From assembly GCA_965203445.1 (NCBI GenBank), contig OZ241883.1:768001-832000 (forward strand): a stretch of DNA of 64,000 nucleotides, given 5' to 3'. The notes beneath the pieces were generated by a model. The model was not told where the DNA came from. It did no database searches and saw only the letters and a list, made by a program, of their open reading frames with translations. How positions within the stretch are numbered: position 1 is the stretch's first letter; each line of letters opens with the position of its first letter. The translations under genes were made by a program, and so were the position numbers. This stretch comes from Candidatus Oxydemutator sp. (lineage in GTDB: Bacteria > Pseudomonadota > Gammaproteobacteria > Poriferisulfidales > Oxydemutatoraceae). This document shows positions 40,147 to 50,963 of the stretch, piece by piece.

Positions 40147-43100
40147 CTACGGCGCCGAAAACGTCCTGCACCGACCCTGGTTCCCCGGCGCGAGCACGAA
40201 ACACCGATCAGCGGACAACACCTCGCCGTCGAAGTCCAAATCCGCGTCCACCGCGTAATTGCCGGCCGCGTCCGGGTCGCGGTACGCGCCCGCGCCCAAC
40301 GACCTCAGGTTGTGCACGCGGATCAATGTCTCGTCCCGCTCGTCTATCACGCCGTTGCGATCCACGTCGCCCGCGAACATCGCATACGTGCCTTGCCCGA
40401 CTTCGGCCTGCCGACCCCCGTGCGACTGCGCGAACCGGAAGTCCACGCAGTAGCCCGCGGTGCAGCCCTCGCTGCCGGGCGCCAATGCATTCGCGGATAT
40501 TACCGACAGGTGGTTGCGGTGGTGCACCAACACGTACACTTGCCCGCCTTCGGGCAGCTCCGTCTCAAAACGCACGCCGTCCAGGAACAGCGCATCCGCC
40601 GCCGTCGCCGCATCCTCGTTGATCCCTGCGATACGACCGTCGCGCAACAGCAGGCCCGTCGCGCGACCGCCCGGCGTCGGCGCCGATTCCAGTATCGCGC
40701 CCACGTTCGCGCCGGTGCGCAGCTCCACCAGCACCCAATCCACTATCGTCGAGGTTACGCCGCTCAATCCAGACCCCTCCCCGACGTGCGGCACCGTCGT
40801 TGTCGCCGGGTAGTTCCACGGAGCCACGTTATAGGGTTGTCGCCTCGGCAAAACGTCTATCAATCCGGTGCTCATGCCACCGGAGCCCGCATACGCACCC
40901 TGCAAATACACGCGCGCGCCCACTATCGGATCCACTATCGGAAGCGCCGGAAGTATGGTCACAGCGGCCGAAGACGCGGCCGCGGATACCTGGTTGGCGT
41001 GCGCGCCACCGCCGCCGGTCGCGCGTTCCAGCAGGACGCGAAACTCCTCCGGCTCCTCGACCTCGCCGTCCACGCGCAGGCGCAGCGTCAACGCGCCGGC
41101 GGTGTGGCTCGCTGCGATCAGCGCCGTGGTCGGCAACGCCGACAGCGGGTTGCCCGCCTCGTCCGCAAAGTCCGCCGGCGTTACGCCGGTGCCGCTTATC
41201 ACAAAGTGCACCGTCATCTCCTCTGACACCGGCACCGATTCGCTGCTCACCGCGAAGACGAAGGACAGACTCTGGCCCTCGTGCGCGTCCGCCGCGCGCG
41301 CTCCTTCCACGCCGACCTCACGGTCGCTCGGGAGAATGTGACCGAGCGCGGAATTGCGCGCACCGATGCGGTGGTAGCCGCGACCGCCCTGAACACCCGT
41401 CAGGACAACGCGGAAACTCTCGCGCGGTTCGACGTCGTCGTCCTGGAAAGTGGCCACCGTCACGACGCCGGCGCTGGTGCCGGCGTTGATCACCGCGCTG
41501 CCGGTAACCGGAAAACCGCGGTGGCGCGACGCGCTATCGGTCGCGTCTGCGAAATCGCGGGCCGCGGCGGCGGCCGCGCCGTCCACGGCGACCGCGGCCG
41601 TGATCGCCCACGTCACCGTCAAGGTCGAGGCGGCCACCGCGGACGCGGTGATCGGAAAAAAGAAAACGTCGCCCTCGCGGCCGGCGATCTCGGCGTCCAA
41701 CGCGATCTCGACCGGATCGCTGGCGCCGATTGTGACGCTGGCCGAGGACTCGCTCAGGAACACGATGAAAGATTCCTCGCGTTCGGAAACGGCGTCGTCA
41801 ACGGCGCGGAAGCGAATGGCGCCGCGGCCTTCGTTCGTCGCGGTCCGGTACGTCAAAGGCAGGCGGTCGAAAAATCCGGGAGGAAGAGGAAACTCCTTTC
41901 CGACGATCTGAAAGTCTTGCCGCCGGACGCCGCCCACGGCCGCAGCGGCGACTTTGTACCGGATTTCGGTACGCGCGGTGGTGGCCGCGGCCACGCTCAA
42001 CGCCGCGCTCTCTCCTTCGGCGACCGCGATCACCGGCGGCGTTATCGTCGCCGGCTGCGGCTGGATGACGGCGACGCGCGAGGAATCACCGGGCAGCGTC
42101 TCGCCGGGCAGCGGAAGGCTGCCGTCGGTAATCGCGGTGGCGATGAACCGAAAGGTCTCGGCGCCTTCGCGCTCGCCGTCAATATTCGTCCATAGATCGA
42201 AACGACCCGTTACCCTGCTTACCCGCAAGCTGCCGCGCAACGACGTCAGCGGCTCGCCCGCTTCGTTGCGCGCGAAATCCGCGGCCGTGATGCCCGTGCC
42301 GGTTATCTGATAGTGCAAAAACTCGTCGACGTATCGCGGAATGAACGTGGGGTATTGCGGAGTGTACCCGAGTATGTCCGGGACGCGCACAAGTGTAAAG
42401 GGCACCGAAATCTGATTCTGGAATCCGAAGGAGAAGCGTATGCTTTCGCCCTCGAGGACCCTCGCGCGATCCACGGACACGCTGCGGATGCGGCTGCCGT
42501 CGTCGTTGATGATAACGCCCACCCCCGAAGACGGAACGCCGATCGCGTGGGACCTGCCGTCGCCGTCCACGACTGCGGTCAGGGCGACCTGAAAAACCTC
42601 CCGCGAGCGCGGCTCGAACTCGTCGTCGTCGGTGATGGGAACGTGGATGGCGCCGCTGGCGGCCGCGTCCGCGTCCACCGTGATCATGCCGCTGAAAGGC
42701 AGGTTTCCGGTGCGCGCCACGGCCGCGCTCGTCGTGCTCGCAAAGTCTTCTATCGAGATACCCGTCGCCGCGGAGGGGCCGCGCCTGCGGCGGTTGATAC
42801 GACAGCCTTCGGGGCACGCTGGGGAGACTCTGAATTCATCGTAGAACTGCGAAAGCGAAACACCCGCGGCGCCCGGAGCCGCGGAGACGGCATAAGAAAT
42901 ATCGAAGGTCCCGGTGGCGGCGTCCGGCAGCAGCACGGTGAACACCGCGCTGCTGCCCTCGGCCACCGCCACCGGTTGCGGCGCCATCCGCATTCGCCGG
43001 TCGCCGGCGCCTATGACCGCACTCGCGGGCACGGCCGAGGGGTTGTTCGCATAGGGGCCGCCGCCGCCCGCGACGTTGCGCAAAACGACCTGAAACCTCT

Positions 43101-46100
43101 CCGCCTCCTCGGCGTCGTCGTCGTCGCGCACGCGCAGCGTGAACGCGCCGGTGGTGCGCCCGGCACTGATCGTCGCGGTCGCGTGCAACGCCGCGAGCGG
43201 GTTGCCGAAGGCGTCCTCGAAATCACCCGCGGTGATACCCGCGCCGGTGATCGCAACGCGCGCCGTCAGCGCCTGCGTCAATGCCGCCGAACCGTCGCTC
43301 AGCGCGAGCACGAACGCCAGGCTCCCGCCTTCGGCGACGGCCGCGGGGCGCACCGCGCGCAGCGTGATCTCGCGGTCGCCGGAAACGATATAGCCGAACG
43401 CGGCGCTTTGGGTGCCGACGCCGTAGTGGGCGGGGTCGTCGCCGCCTCCGGTAACCCCGGTCAAGACGATCCGCAACGCCTCCCTGGGTTCAAACTCGGT
43501 GTCGTCGAAGACGCGCACCGCCACCGCGCCAGTGGCGGTGCGCGGCGCGACGACGGCCTGGCCGATGATCGGGAAATCACCGCCGCGCGCCACGGCGGCA
43601 TCGTCCGGGTCGGCGAGGTCGCCGATTGCGGCGGCGTTCGCACCCGCCGCTCCGGCCGCGGCGGTAATTTTCCAATGCACCGTCAACGTCGAAGCGACCG
43701 CGGTGGCGCCGTCGCCTACCCGGATACGCCAGGACAAGGCCTCGCCGCTCTCTTCGGCGACCGTGCCCGCCTCGACCGAAACTCCTATCGGATCATTGGC
43801 GGCTATCGTCGCGCTCGCCGAAACGCCGTTGCCCAAGGTCACGACGAACGCCTCGGTGTTCTCGGAGACGTCGTCGTCGTATATCGGCAGCGCGATCACG
43901 GCGTTGCGGGTCGCCGCGGTGTCCACCGTCACCATGCCGGTGAAGGGCAGGGCGCCCGGGCGCGGTGCACCGGGATTGGCGGGGTCTGCAAAATCTATAG
44001 CCTGCACGCCGCGCGCGCCGGTCGCGGCCACGGTGTAGATTACCGCGACCACGCCGGTGGCGGCGTCCGCTGCGGTGACGGTGAACGTTGCGGTCGCGCC
44101 TTCGTCCACCCGCTGCGACGCGGGCGCCAGCGCCAGCGGCACAGAGGCGTTGATCGTCGCACTCGCCGAAGACGCGGCGGCGGCGATGCGATTCACGTGG
44201 GTGCCGCCGCCGCCGGTCGCGGCACGCAACGTGACCCGAAAGCGCGCCGCCTCGCGCCGTACGGCGCGCACGCGCAGCACGAGCGCGCCGTCGGTGCGTC
44301 CGGCGGCGATGATCGCGGTCGTCGGCAACGCCGCAAGCGGTGCGCCGGCCTCATCCGTGAAGTCTTGGGCGGCGACGGTGCCGCTGAGCGTGAAGTGGAT
44401 CGTCATATCCTCGGACAGCGCAGCCGAACCGCTGCTCAACGCAAACGGAAAGACAAGACGCCCGCCGGCGGCCGCGGCCGCGGGTCGCGGCGTTCGTATC
44501 CGAACCTCGCGCTCGCTTCGTTCGATGCGGCCAAACGCCGATTGCGTGCCGACCACGTAGTAGGCGTCGTCGGCAGGCGCCGCCTCGACGCCGGTCAGGA
44601 CGATCCGAAAGGTTTCGCGCGGCTCGAACTCGTCGTCGTCAAACGTCGGAATCGAGATGCCGCCGGTGGTCGCCCGCGCCGCGACGACGGCGACGCCGCG
44701 CAGCGGAAAGCCGCTGAGGCGAAGCCCGGCGGGACACGAGTCGCGGTCAAGCAGGCAACCGCCGCGCCGGGCGACCGCGGCGCTCGTCGCATCCGGGAAG
44801 TCGCCGATCTCGACCGCGTTCGTATCTTGTGTCGCCGGCACGTCGGCGGTGACCTCCCAACGCACCGACAGGTCGGAAGCGGCGGGCCTCGAGGACGATA
44901 AGACAAAAGACAGTGTGGTGCCTTCCTCCTGCGATACATCCCGCGTTATCGAGAGCGTCACCGGATCATTGGCGTTGATCACAGCCGTAGCGCGCGCGCC
45001 GTTCTGCAACGTCACGGTGAACGATTCCGGACGCTCGGAAACGTCGTCGTCGTATATCGGCAGCGTGATCACGGCGCTGCGGGTCACTGCGGTGTCCACC
45101 GTCACCATGCCGCTGAAGGGCAGGACGCCCGGGCGCGGCGCGCCGGGATCAGCGGGGTCTGCAAAATCCTCAGCCTGCGCGCCGCGCGCGCCGGCCGCGG
45201 CCACGGTCCAGGTGACCGCGACCACGCCGACGGCGGCGTCCGGCGCGGTGACGATGAACGTCGCGGCGGCGCCCTCGTCCACCCGCTGCGACGCGGGCGT
45301 CAGCGCCCACGGCGCTTCGGCGTTGATCATGGCGCTCGCCGAAGACGCGGCGGCGGCGACGTGATTGGTCTCGCTGCCGCCGCCGCCGGTAGCGCGCCGC
45401 AGGCGCACGCGGAACTCTTCCGCGCCCTCGATCTCGCCGTCCGCGCGCGGGCGCAACCGCAACGTCGCGGCGCGCGCCCCGGCGCGGATAACCGCCGTCG
45501 TCGGCAGCACCGCAAGCGGGTCGCCGAAATCATCCGCAAAGTCGCCCGCGGTGATACCGGTGCCGCTTATCTCTATATGCAACGTCAGATCCGCGAACAG
45601 ACCGGCCGACGCCTCACTCAACGCGAACGTGAAGTCGAGATAGCCCCCCTCGTCCGCGCCCGCGATGCGCGGCGCGCGTACCGAAATCTCGCGGTCGCTT
45701 TCAAAAATGTAGGCGGCGGCGCTCGTCAGGCTGGTTTCGTAGTACGCGATGTCGTCGTCTCCGGCCACGGCGACGCGCAGAGATTCCAAAGGCTCGACCT
45801 GCTCGTCGTCGAACGTTGCGACGACGAAATCCACCAGGGAACGCCCCGCCGGGATGACCAGCGTGCCGGTCACCGGAAAACCGCCGGCACGCGCCGTGGC
45901 ACCGTCCCCCGGAGCGGCGAGATCGCCGACCTCGATGCCGCGCGCGCCCTGCGCGTCGTCCTCGCCGCCGGTGATTTCCCAGACCAGCGTCAGCGTCGAG
46001 GCGGCGACGACGCCGCCGAGATAGACGACAAAAGTGAATTCGCCCCCTTCCGCGACGTGTTCATCCTCGCCGATCACGAGCGCGATCGGATCGCTGGCGC

Positions 46101-48531
46101 GGATCGTGGCGGTGGCCGAGGCGCCGTTGTGCAGAGTCACGGTGAACGCCTCGGCAAGTTCGGAGACGGCGTCGTCGTATAGCGGAATAGTGACGACCCC
46201 GGTGCGCGTAGCCGCGGCGTCCACCATCAGCACGCCTTCGAAGGGCAGCGCGCCCGCGCGCGCGACGCCGGGGTCGGCGGCGTCGGCAAAGTCCTCTATC
46301 TGAACGCCGCCGGCGGCGGCCGCGGCCACGGTATAGGTGACCGCCACCACGCCGACGGCGCCGTCGGGCAACGCGACAACGAACACCGCGTCCTGCCCCT
46401 CGTTTGCGTCCACCGGAGTCGGCGGCGTTATCCTCAGCGGGCGGTTGCGGTCGTTGATCGTGGCGCTGGTCGCCGCGGCCGCGGCCAAAACGTTGTTGGT
46501 GTGCGCGCCGCCGCCGGTCACCCGCTCTATGCGAACGGCAAATTGCTCGTCGCCTTCGGGCGCGCCGTCGCGTCGCGCGCGCAAGCGCAAGCCGGCGACG
46601 CGGCTGCCTGCAATGATGACCGCGCTCGTCGGCAGCGACGCCAGCGGGTTGCCGGCTTGGTCCTCGAAATCGTCGGCGGCAACGCCGCTGCCGGTGATCA
46701 CAAAGTGCACCGTCACGTCATGGCCGAGGTCCGCGGTCGCCTCGCTTACGAAGAACGCAAAGTCGAAACTTCCGCCCTCGTCCGCGGCCGCGGGCGTCCG
46801 TCTTTCTACGCCGATCTCGCGGTCGCTTGGAAGAATATAGCCGGGCGCCGAAGCGAGCGCGTCGGAGATCCGATAGCGGGCGGTGTCGCCCCTGCCCTGC
46901 GCGACGCCGGTCAGCCTGAGCGCCAGCACTTCCCACGGTTCGACGAGCGCGTCGTCGAAAACGGGCACGACGATGACGCCGACGGCGCTTCCCGAAGCGA
47001 TGACCGAGGTGCCGCGCACCGGAAAGGCGCCGCCGCGGGGAGCGCCCGCGTCGCCGGCAAGCGCAAGGTCGTCGCCGTGCGCCCCGGCCACGTTGATTCT
47101 GAGCGCGTCCGAGGCCGTGGCGATCTCCCACGTCAGCGTCAGCGTCGAAGCGGCGGCGGTGGCGCCCGAATCGAGTCGAACCGGGAACACGAGGGCGCCG
47201 CCCTCGCTTGCGACTAGTGCGCCGGCCACGCCGAGCGCGACCACGTCGGCGATGGCGACGACCCTGCTGGCCGAAGACGCGGCGGATACGTGGTTGGTGT
47301 GCAGGCCGCCGCCGCTCACGCGCCTCACGCGGACGCGGAAGCGTTCCGTCCCCTCCGCTCTGCCGTCAGCGCGCAAACGCAGCGTCAGCGTGGTCGAAGT
47401 CTCGTTCACCGCGATGGCCGCCGTCGTCGGCAACGTCGCGAGCGGGTTGCCGCGGGCATCCTCGAAGTCGTCCGCGCTAACGCCGGTGCCGGTAATCACA
47501 AAGTGCACCGTAAGAGCATCAAAGACGGCGGCCGACGCCTCGCTCAGCGCGAACGTGAAGTCAAGATGCTCGCCCTCGACGGCGACGCCCGTGCCCGGGC
47601 CCTCGACGCCGACTTCGCGGTCGCTCGCGGCGACGTAGGCGAGCGCGGTGCCGGGCGCGCCGATTTTGTAGTAAGCGCCGTCGTCGTCTCCCGCGATGAC
47701 GCCGACTAAGGCGACCCGGAAAAACTCCAGAGGTTCGACCTCGTCGTCGTCGAAGATGGGCACGTAAAATGCGCCGTTCGCGCCGCCCGCCGGAATGACT
47801 ATCGTGCCGGTTATCGGAAAGGCGCCGACGCGCGCGGCGCCAATGTTCTCCGAAGCGGCGAAATCAGCGACTTCGACGCCGCGCGCGCCTTGCGGCCCGG
47901 GCGACCCGGGCGGCCCGGGCGGGTCGGCGGTGATCTCCCAGGCCAGCGTCAACGTCGAAGCGGCCGTGGTCTGCCCCGAGTCCAGCTCCACAAAAAAACT
48001 GAATTCGCTTATTTCTTCCAAGGCATTCGCAAGATCTCCGTCCAGTATGAAGCCGCTGATTTCTATCGGATCGCTGGCGGCTATCGTCGCGGTCGCGGAA
48101 ACGCCGCCGCCCAGGTCCACTATGAAAGACTCGGCCCTTTCGCTGTCATCGTCGTCGTAAATAGAAACGACGATGAATCCGGTGCGAGTGACCGCGGTGT
48201 CCACCTCCAGCCTGCCACTGAAGGGCAGCGCCCCCGCGCGCGCCACGGCCGTGCTCGTCGGACTGGCAAAGTCCGCTATCGAAACGCCGCCCGACGGCGT
48301 CGCGCGCACCGTGTAGGTGACGCTGACCACGCCCGCGGCGTCGCCGGGCAGTGTGACCACGAACACCGCGGCGGCGCCTTCGGACGTCGCCGCCGGCGGC
48401 GGGCGGATGCCGATGCCTTCGGACTGTGCAAGCGCCGCCCCCGACGCGCCGCCTGCGACGACAAACAGCGTCGCCCAGAGCAGCGAGAGCAGCGACCGCC
48501 AAGCGCTTTCCTTATCCTGCAAAAGCGACAT
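40147..48531 (-). CDS. Giant secreted Calx-beta repeat protein (2794 aa) with the shared C-terminal dockerin-like domain
   Basis: ORF track. N-terminal signal peptide (..LLSLLWATLFVVAGGASGAALAQ); about 19 Calx-beta-like domains in a three-domain periodicity (PIYDDDxSE, FDDxxxEPxE, GNPLAxLPTTA); no GLUG modules. Confidence 0.9.
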   Translation of the reverse strand: MSLLQDKESAWRSLLSLLWATLFVVAGGASGAALAQSEGIGIRPPPAATSEGAAAVFVVTLPGDAAGVVSVTYTVRATPSGGVSIADFASPTSTAVARAGALPFSGRLEVDTAVTRTGFIVVSIYDDDDSERAESFIVDLGGGVSATATIAASDPIEISGFILDGDLANALEEISEFSFFVELDSGQTTAASTLTLAWEITADPPGPPGSPGPQGARGVEVADFAASENIGAARVGAFPITGTIVIPAGGANGAFYVPIFDDDEVEPLEFFRVALVGVIAGDDDGAYYKIGAPGTALAYVAASDREVGVEGPGTGVAVEGEHLDFTFALSEASAAVFDALTVHFVITGTGVSADDFEDARGNPLATLPTTAAIAVNETSTTLTLRLRADGRAEGTERFRVRVRRVSGGGLHTNHVSAASSASRVVAIADVVALGVAGALVASEGGALVFPVRLDSGATAAASTLTLTWEIATASDALRINVAGAHGDDLALAGDAGAPRGGAFPVRGTSVIASGSAVGVIVVPVFDDALVEPWEVLALRLTGVAQGRGDTARYRISDALASAPGYILPSDREIGVERRTPAAADEGGSFDFAFFVSEATADLGHDVTVHFVITGSGVAADDFEDQAGNPLASLPTSAVIIAGSRVAGLRLRARRDGAPEGDEQFAVRIERVTGGGAHTNNVLAAAAATSATINDRNRPLRITPPTPVDANEGQDAVFVVALPDGAVGVVAVTYTVAAAAAGGVQIEDFADAADPGVARAGALPFEGVLMVDAAATRTGVVTIPLYDDAVSELAEAFTVTLHNGASATATIRASDPIALVIGEDEHVAEGGEFTFVVYLGGVVAASTLTLVWEITGGEDDAQGARGIEVGDLAAPGDGATARAGGFPVTGTLVIPAGRSLVDFVVATFDDEQVEPLESLRVAVAGDDDIAYYETSLTSAAAYIFESDREISVRAPRIAGADEGGYLDFTFALSEASAGLFADLTLHIEISGTGITAGDFADDFGDPLAVLPTTAVIRAGARAATLRLRPRADGEIEGAEEFRVRLRRATGGGGSETNHVAAAASSASAMINAEAPWALTPASQRVDEGAAATFIVTAPDAAVGVVAVTWTVAAAGARGAQAEDFADPADPGAPRPGVLPFSGMVTVDTAVTRSAVITLPIYDDDVSERPESFTVTLQNGARATAVINANDPVTLSITRDVSQEEGTTLSFVLSSSRPAASDLSVRWEVTADVPATQDTNAVEIGDFPDATSAAVARRGGCLLDRDSCPAGLRLSGFPLRGVAVVAARATTGGISIPTFDDDEFEPRETFRIVLTGVEAAPADDAYYVVGTQSAFGRIERSEREVRIRTPRPAAAAAGGRLVFPFALSSGSAALSEDMTIHFTLSGTVAAQDFTDEAGAPLAALPTTAIIAAGRTDGALVLRVRAVRREAARFRVTLRAATGGGGTHVNRIAAAASSASATINASVPLALAPASQRVDEGATATFTVTAADAATGVVAVIYTVAATGARGVQAIDFADPANPGAPRPGALPFTGMVTVDTAATRNAVIALPIYDDDVSENTEAFVVTLGNGVSASATIAANDPIGVSVEAGTVAEESGEALSWRIRVGDGATAVASTLTVHWKITAAAGAAGANAAAIGDLADPDDAAVARGGDFPIIGQAVVAPRTATGAVAVRVFDDTEFEPREALRIVLTGVTGGGDDPAHYGVGTQSAAFGYIVSGDREITLRAVRPAAVAEGGSLAFVLALSDGSAALTQALTARVAITGAGITAGDFEDAFGNPLAALHATATISAGRTTGAFTLRVRDDDDAEEAERFQVVLRNVAGGGGPYANNPSAVPASAVIGAGDRRMRMAPQPVAVAEGSSAVFTVLLPDAATGTFDISYAVSAAPGAAGVSLSQFYDEFRVSPACPEGCRINRRRRGPSAATGISIEDFASTTSAAVARTGNLPFSGMITVDADAAASGAIHVPITDDDEFEPRSREVFQVALTAVVDGDGRSHAIGVPSSGVGVIINDDGSRIRSVSVDRARVLEGESIRFSFGFQNQISVPFTLVRVPDILGYTPQYPTFIPRYVDEFLHYQITGTGITAADFARNEAGEPLTSLRGSLRVSRVTGRFDLWTNIDGEREGAETFRFIATAITDGSLPLPGETLPGDSSRVAVIQPQPATITPPVIAVAEGESAALSVAAATTARTEIRYKVAAAAVGGVRRQDFQIVGKEFPLPPGFFDRLPLTYRTATNEGRGAIRFRAVDDAVSEREESFIVFLSESSASVTIGASDPVEIALDAEIAGREGDVFFFPITASAVAASTLTVTWAITAAVAVDGAAAAAARDFADATDSASRHRGFPVTGSAVINAGTSAGVVTVATFQDDDVEPRESFRVVLTGVQGGRGYHRIGARNSALGHILPSDREVGVEGARAADAHEGQSLSFVFAVSSESVPVSEEMTVHFVISGTGVTPADFADEAGNPLSALPTTALIAASHTAGALTLRLRVDGEVEEPEEFRVLLERATGGGGAHANQVSAAASSAAVTILPALPIVDPIVGARVYLQGAYAGSGGMSTGLIDVLPRRQPYNVAPWNYPATTTVPHVGEGSGLSGVTSTIVDWVLVELRTGANVGAILESAPTPGGRATGLLLRDGRIAGINEDAATAADALFLDGVRFETELPEGGQVYVLVHHRNHLSVISANALAPGSEGCTAGYCVDFRFAQSHGGRQAEVGQGTYAMFAGDVDRNGVIDERDETLIRVHNLRSLGAGAYRDPDAAGNYAVDADLDFDGEVLSADRCFVLAPGNQGRCRTFSAP

Positions 48532-48647
48532 GGCGGCATTGTAACGAACCGCGCAGGCTGTTATCCGCCTGTGGCCAACCTTATCCGCCGGCGCGGTGGC
48601 GGGCTTCTACGGGAATGACGGACTCGGGGGCGGGGCGGCGCCACGGC

Positions 48648-49499
48648 CTACCGTATCATCGTGCCGACGCCTTCGTCGGTCAGCAGTTCGAGCAGCAGCG
48701 CGTGCTCGACGCGCCCGTCTATGATGTGCGCCGAGTGCACGCCGTCGCGCACGCCGTTGAACGCGCATGCGACCTTCGGCAACATGCCGCCGTGAATGAC
48801 GCCGCGCGCAACCAGCGCCTCGACCTCGCCCCACGCGATTTCGGTAATCAACCCGCCGTTCTCGTCGAGCAGGCCGGGCGTGTTGGTCAGCAGGATGAGT
48901 TTCTCGGCCTGCAAGTGCGTCGAGATGGCGCCGGCCGCGGCGTCGGCGTTGACGTTGTATGACAGGCCGTCCTCGCCAACGCCGATGGGCGCTATGACCG
49001 GCACCGCCGAACGGCGGTGGGCGAAATCGGCAAGCGCCGGCGACACGCGCGCGACTTCGCCGACCCGCCCCAGGTCCCGTCCGTGTTCGTCCGGCGGCAA
49101 TTTGCGCGCGCTCAGTATGCCGCCGGCGGCGCCGACGAAGCCCTGGGCTGTGCCGCCGTGCGCCGTGATCGAGGCGACGATGCCGCGGTTGACCTCGGCC
49201 AGCGTCTCCTCGACGACGCGCATGGCGTCGGCGCAAGTTGCGCGCAGACCGTTGACGAAGCGCGTTGCTATGCCGGCTTTTTTCAGGTTGCGCGAAATGT
49301 CGGGGCCGCCGCCGTGCACGATAATCGGCTCCATGCCGACCGCCTTCAGCAGCACGACGTCGCGCGCGAAACCGTGCCGCAGGCGCGCGTCGGTCATCGC
49401 GCTGCCGCCGTACTTGACGACGATCACGTGGTCGCGGAAGCGCTGTATGTACGGCAGCGCCTCGCTGAGAATCTTTACCCTGCGCTTCGCGTCCTGCAT
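48648..49499 (-). CDS. argB: Acetylglutamate kinase
   Basis: LSEALPYIQRF, VVKYGGSAM, VHGGGP, YNVNAD, GGMLPKV, LLLELLTDEGVGT. Confidence 0.97.
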   Translation of the reverse strand: MQDAKRRVKILSEALPYIQRFRDHVIVVKYGGSAMTDARLRHGFARDVVLLKAVGMEPIIVHGGGPDISRNLKKAGIATRFVNGLRATCADAMRVVEETLAEVNRGIVASITAHGGTAQGFVGAAGGILSARKLPPDEHGRDLGRVGEVARVSPALADFAHRRSAVPVIAPIGVGEDGLSYNVNADAAAGAISTHLQAEKLILLTNTPGLLDENGGLITEIAWGEVEALVARGVIHGGMLPKVACAFNGVRDGVHSAHIIDGRVEHALLLELLTDEGVGTMIR

Positions 49500-49502
49500 C
49501 GC

Positions 49503-50885
49503 TCAAAAGGGCACGTCGAGCGTCGGTTCCGTCTGCAACAGCGCGTCGCGGAACAGGCCTTGGATGCGGCGCAGGCCGGGTTCGGTGTCGGCCTCGAAGC
49601 GCGCCACCAGGCACGGCGTCGTGTTCGACGCGCGCACCAGGCCCCAGCCGTCGTCGAACTCGGCGCGCACGCCGTCGAGCTCGTTGACGCGCCCGCCGGC
49701 GTCGCTAAAGCGCGTGCGCGCGTGCGCGGCGAAACGCCGCATGAACCGATGTTGGCGGCCTTCGCGCCCGAAGTGGACGTTGATCTCCGGCGTCGCGTAC
49801 GCCTGCGGCAGTTCGCCGAAGACGTCGCTGCAACGGCGTCCGTCGGCGGCCACGATCTCGAGCAGGCGCGCGCCCGCGTAGAGGGCGTCGTCGAAGCCGT
49901 ACCAGCGGTCGCGGAAGAAAATATGCCCGCTCATCTCGCCCGCCAGCAGCGCGTTTTTGTCCTGCAACGCGGCCTTGATAAACGAGTGGCCGGTGCGGCT
50001 CATGTGCGCGACGCCGCCACATTGCTCGACCAGCGCGGCCAGATGGCGCGACGACTTGACGTCGTAGATGACCGCGGCGCCGGGGCGGCGGCGCAGCAGG
50101 TCCTTGGCATAGACCATCAACTGGCGGTCGGCCCAGATCACCTGGCCGCGATCATCCACGACGCCCAGACGGTCGCCGTCGCCGTCGAAGGCGAGGCCGA
50201 CGTCGAGGCCGTCGCCGCGCACGGTCTCGATCAACGCGGCCAGGTTGCCCACGTCGCTCGGGTTCGGGTGGTGGTTCGGGAAACGCCCGTCGACGTCGCA
50301 GTAGAGGCAGGTCAGCTCGCAGTCCAGGCGCGCGAACAGCGCCTGGGCCGCGGGCCCGGCGGCGCCGTTGCCGCAATCCACCGCGACGCGCAGGCGCCGC
50401 GCCAGACGCACGTCGGCGGCGACGCGCGCGACGTAATCGTTAAGCGGTTCGCATTGGCGACGGGCGCCGCGCCCTTCGTCGAAGTCGCCGGCGACGACCG
50501 CGGCGTGCAGCCTTTGGACATCGTCGCCGGCGAGGGTGTGGCCGCGTATCATCATCTTGACGCCGTTGTATTCGGGCGGGTTGTGGCTGCCGGTAACCAT
50601 CAGGCCGGAACCGGCGCACAGTTCGTGCGCGGCGAAATACAACAGCGGCGTAGGCGCAAGACCGACGTCCACGACGTCGGCGCCCGACGCGCGCAGGCCG
50701 TCGCCCAACGCGCGCGCAAGGCGCGCGCTCGACAGCCGCCCGTCGCGTCCGAGTGCTACGGCGCCGAGGCCCGGATGACACGTCGCGACGGCGCGCCCGA
50801 TGGCATACATCGTCGCCTCGTCCAGCTGCTCGTCGACGACGCCGCGAACGTCGTAGGCGCGAAAAATATCACCCGCGACGGGCAT
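49503..50885 (-). CDS. algC: Phosphomannomutase/phosphoglucomutase
   Basis: IFRAYDVRG, TGSHNPPEYNG, FDGDGDR, GEMSGH, VRASNTTP; start placed at ATG 50885. Confidence 0.95.
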   Translation of the reverse strand: MPVAGDIFRAYDVRGVVDEQLDEATMYAIGRAVATCHPGLGAVALGRDGRLSSARLARALGDGLRASGADVVDVGLAPTPLLYFAAHELCAGSGLMVTGSHNPPEYNGVKMMIRGHTLAGDDVQRLHAAVVAGDFDEGRGARRQCEPLNDYVARVAADVRLARRLRVAVDCGNGAAGPAAQALFARLDCELTCLYCDVDGRFPNHHPNPSDVGNLAALIETVRGDGLDVGLAFDGDGDRLGVVDDRGQVIWADRQLMVYAKDLLRRRPGAAVIYDVKSSRHLAALVEQCGGVAHMSRTGHSFIKAALQDKNALLAGEMSGHIFFRDRWYGFDDALYAGARLLEIVAADGRRCSDVFGELPQAYATPEINVHFGREGRQHRFMRRFAAHARTRFSDAGGRVNELDGVRAEFDDGWGLVRASNTTPCLVARFEADTEPGLRRIQGLFRDALLQTEPTLDVPF

Positions 50886-50963
50886 CGCCGCCTCCGCGCG
50901 CGTCCGTGGCGCCGCGCCGCGCCCGCTGCGTCCCAAAACCGCTCTCCACGATGCGCGTCTTCG

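Noticed and set aside
481-48618. Long plus-strand ORFs (e.g. 1372..3753, 22528..25290, 42313..44901)
   Set aside because: Antisense shadows of the giant minus-strand genes. They are Arg/His-rich, repeat with the module period and have no recognisable motifs.
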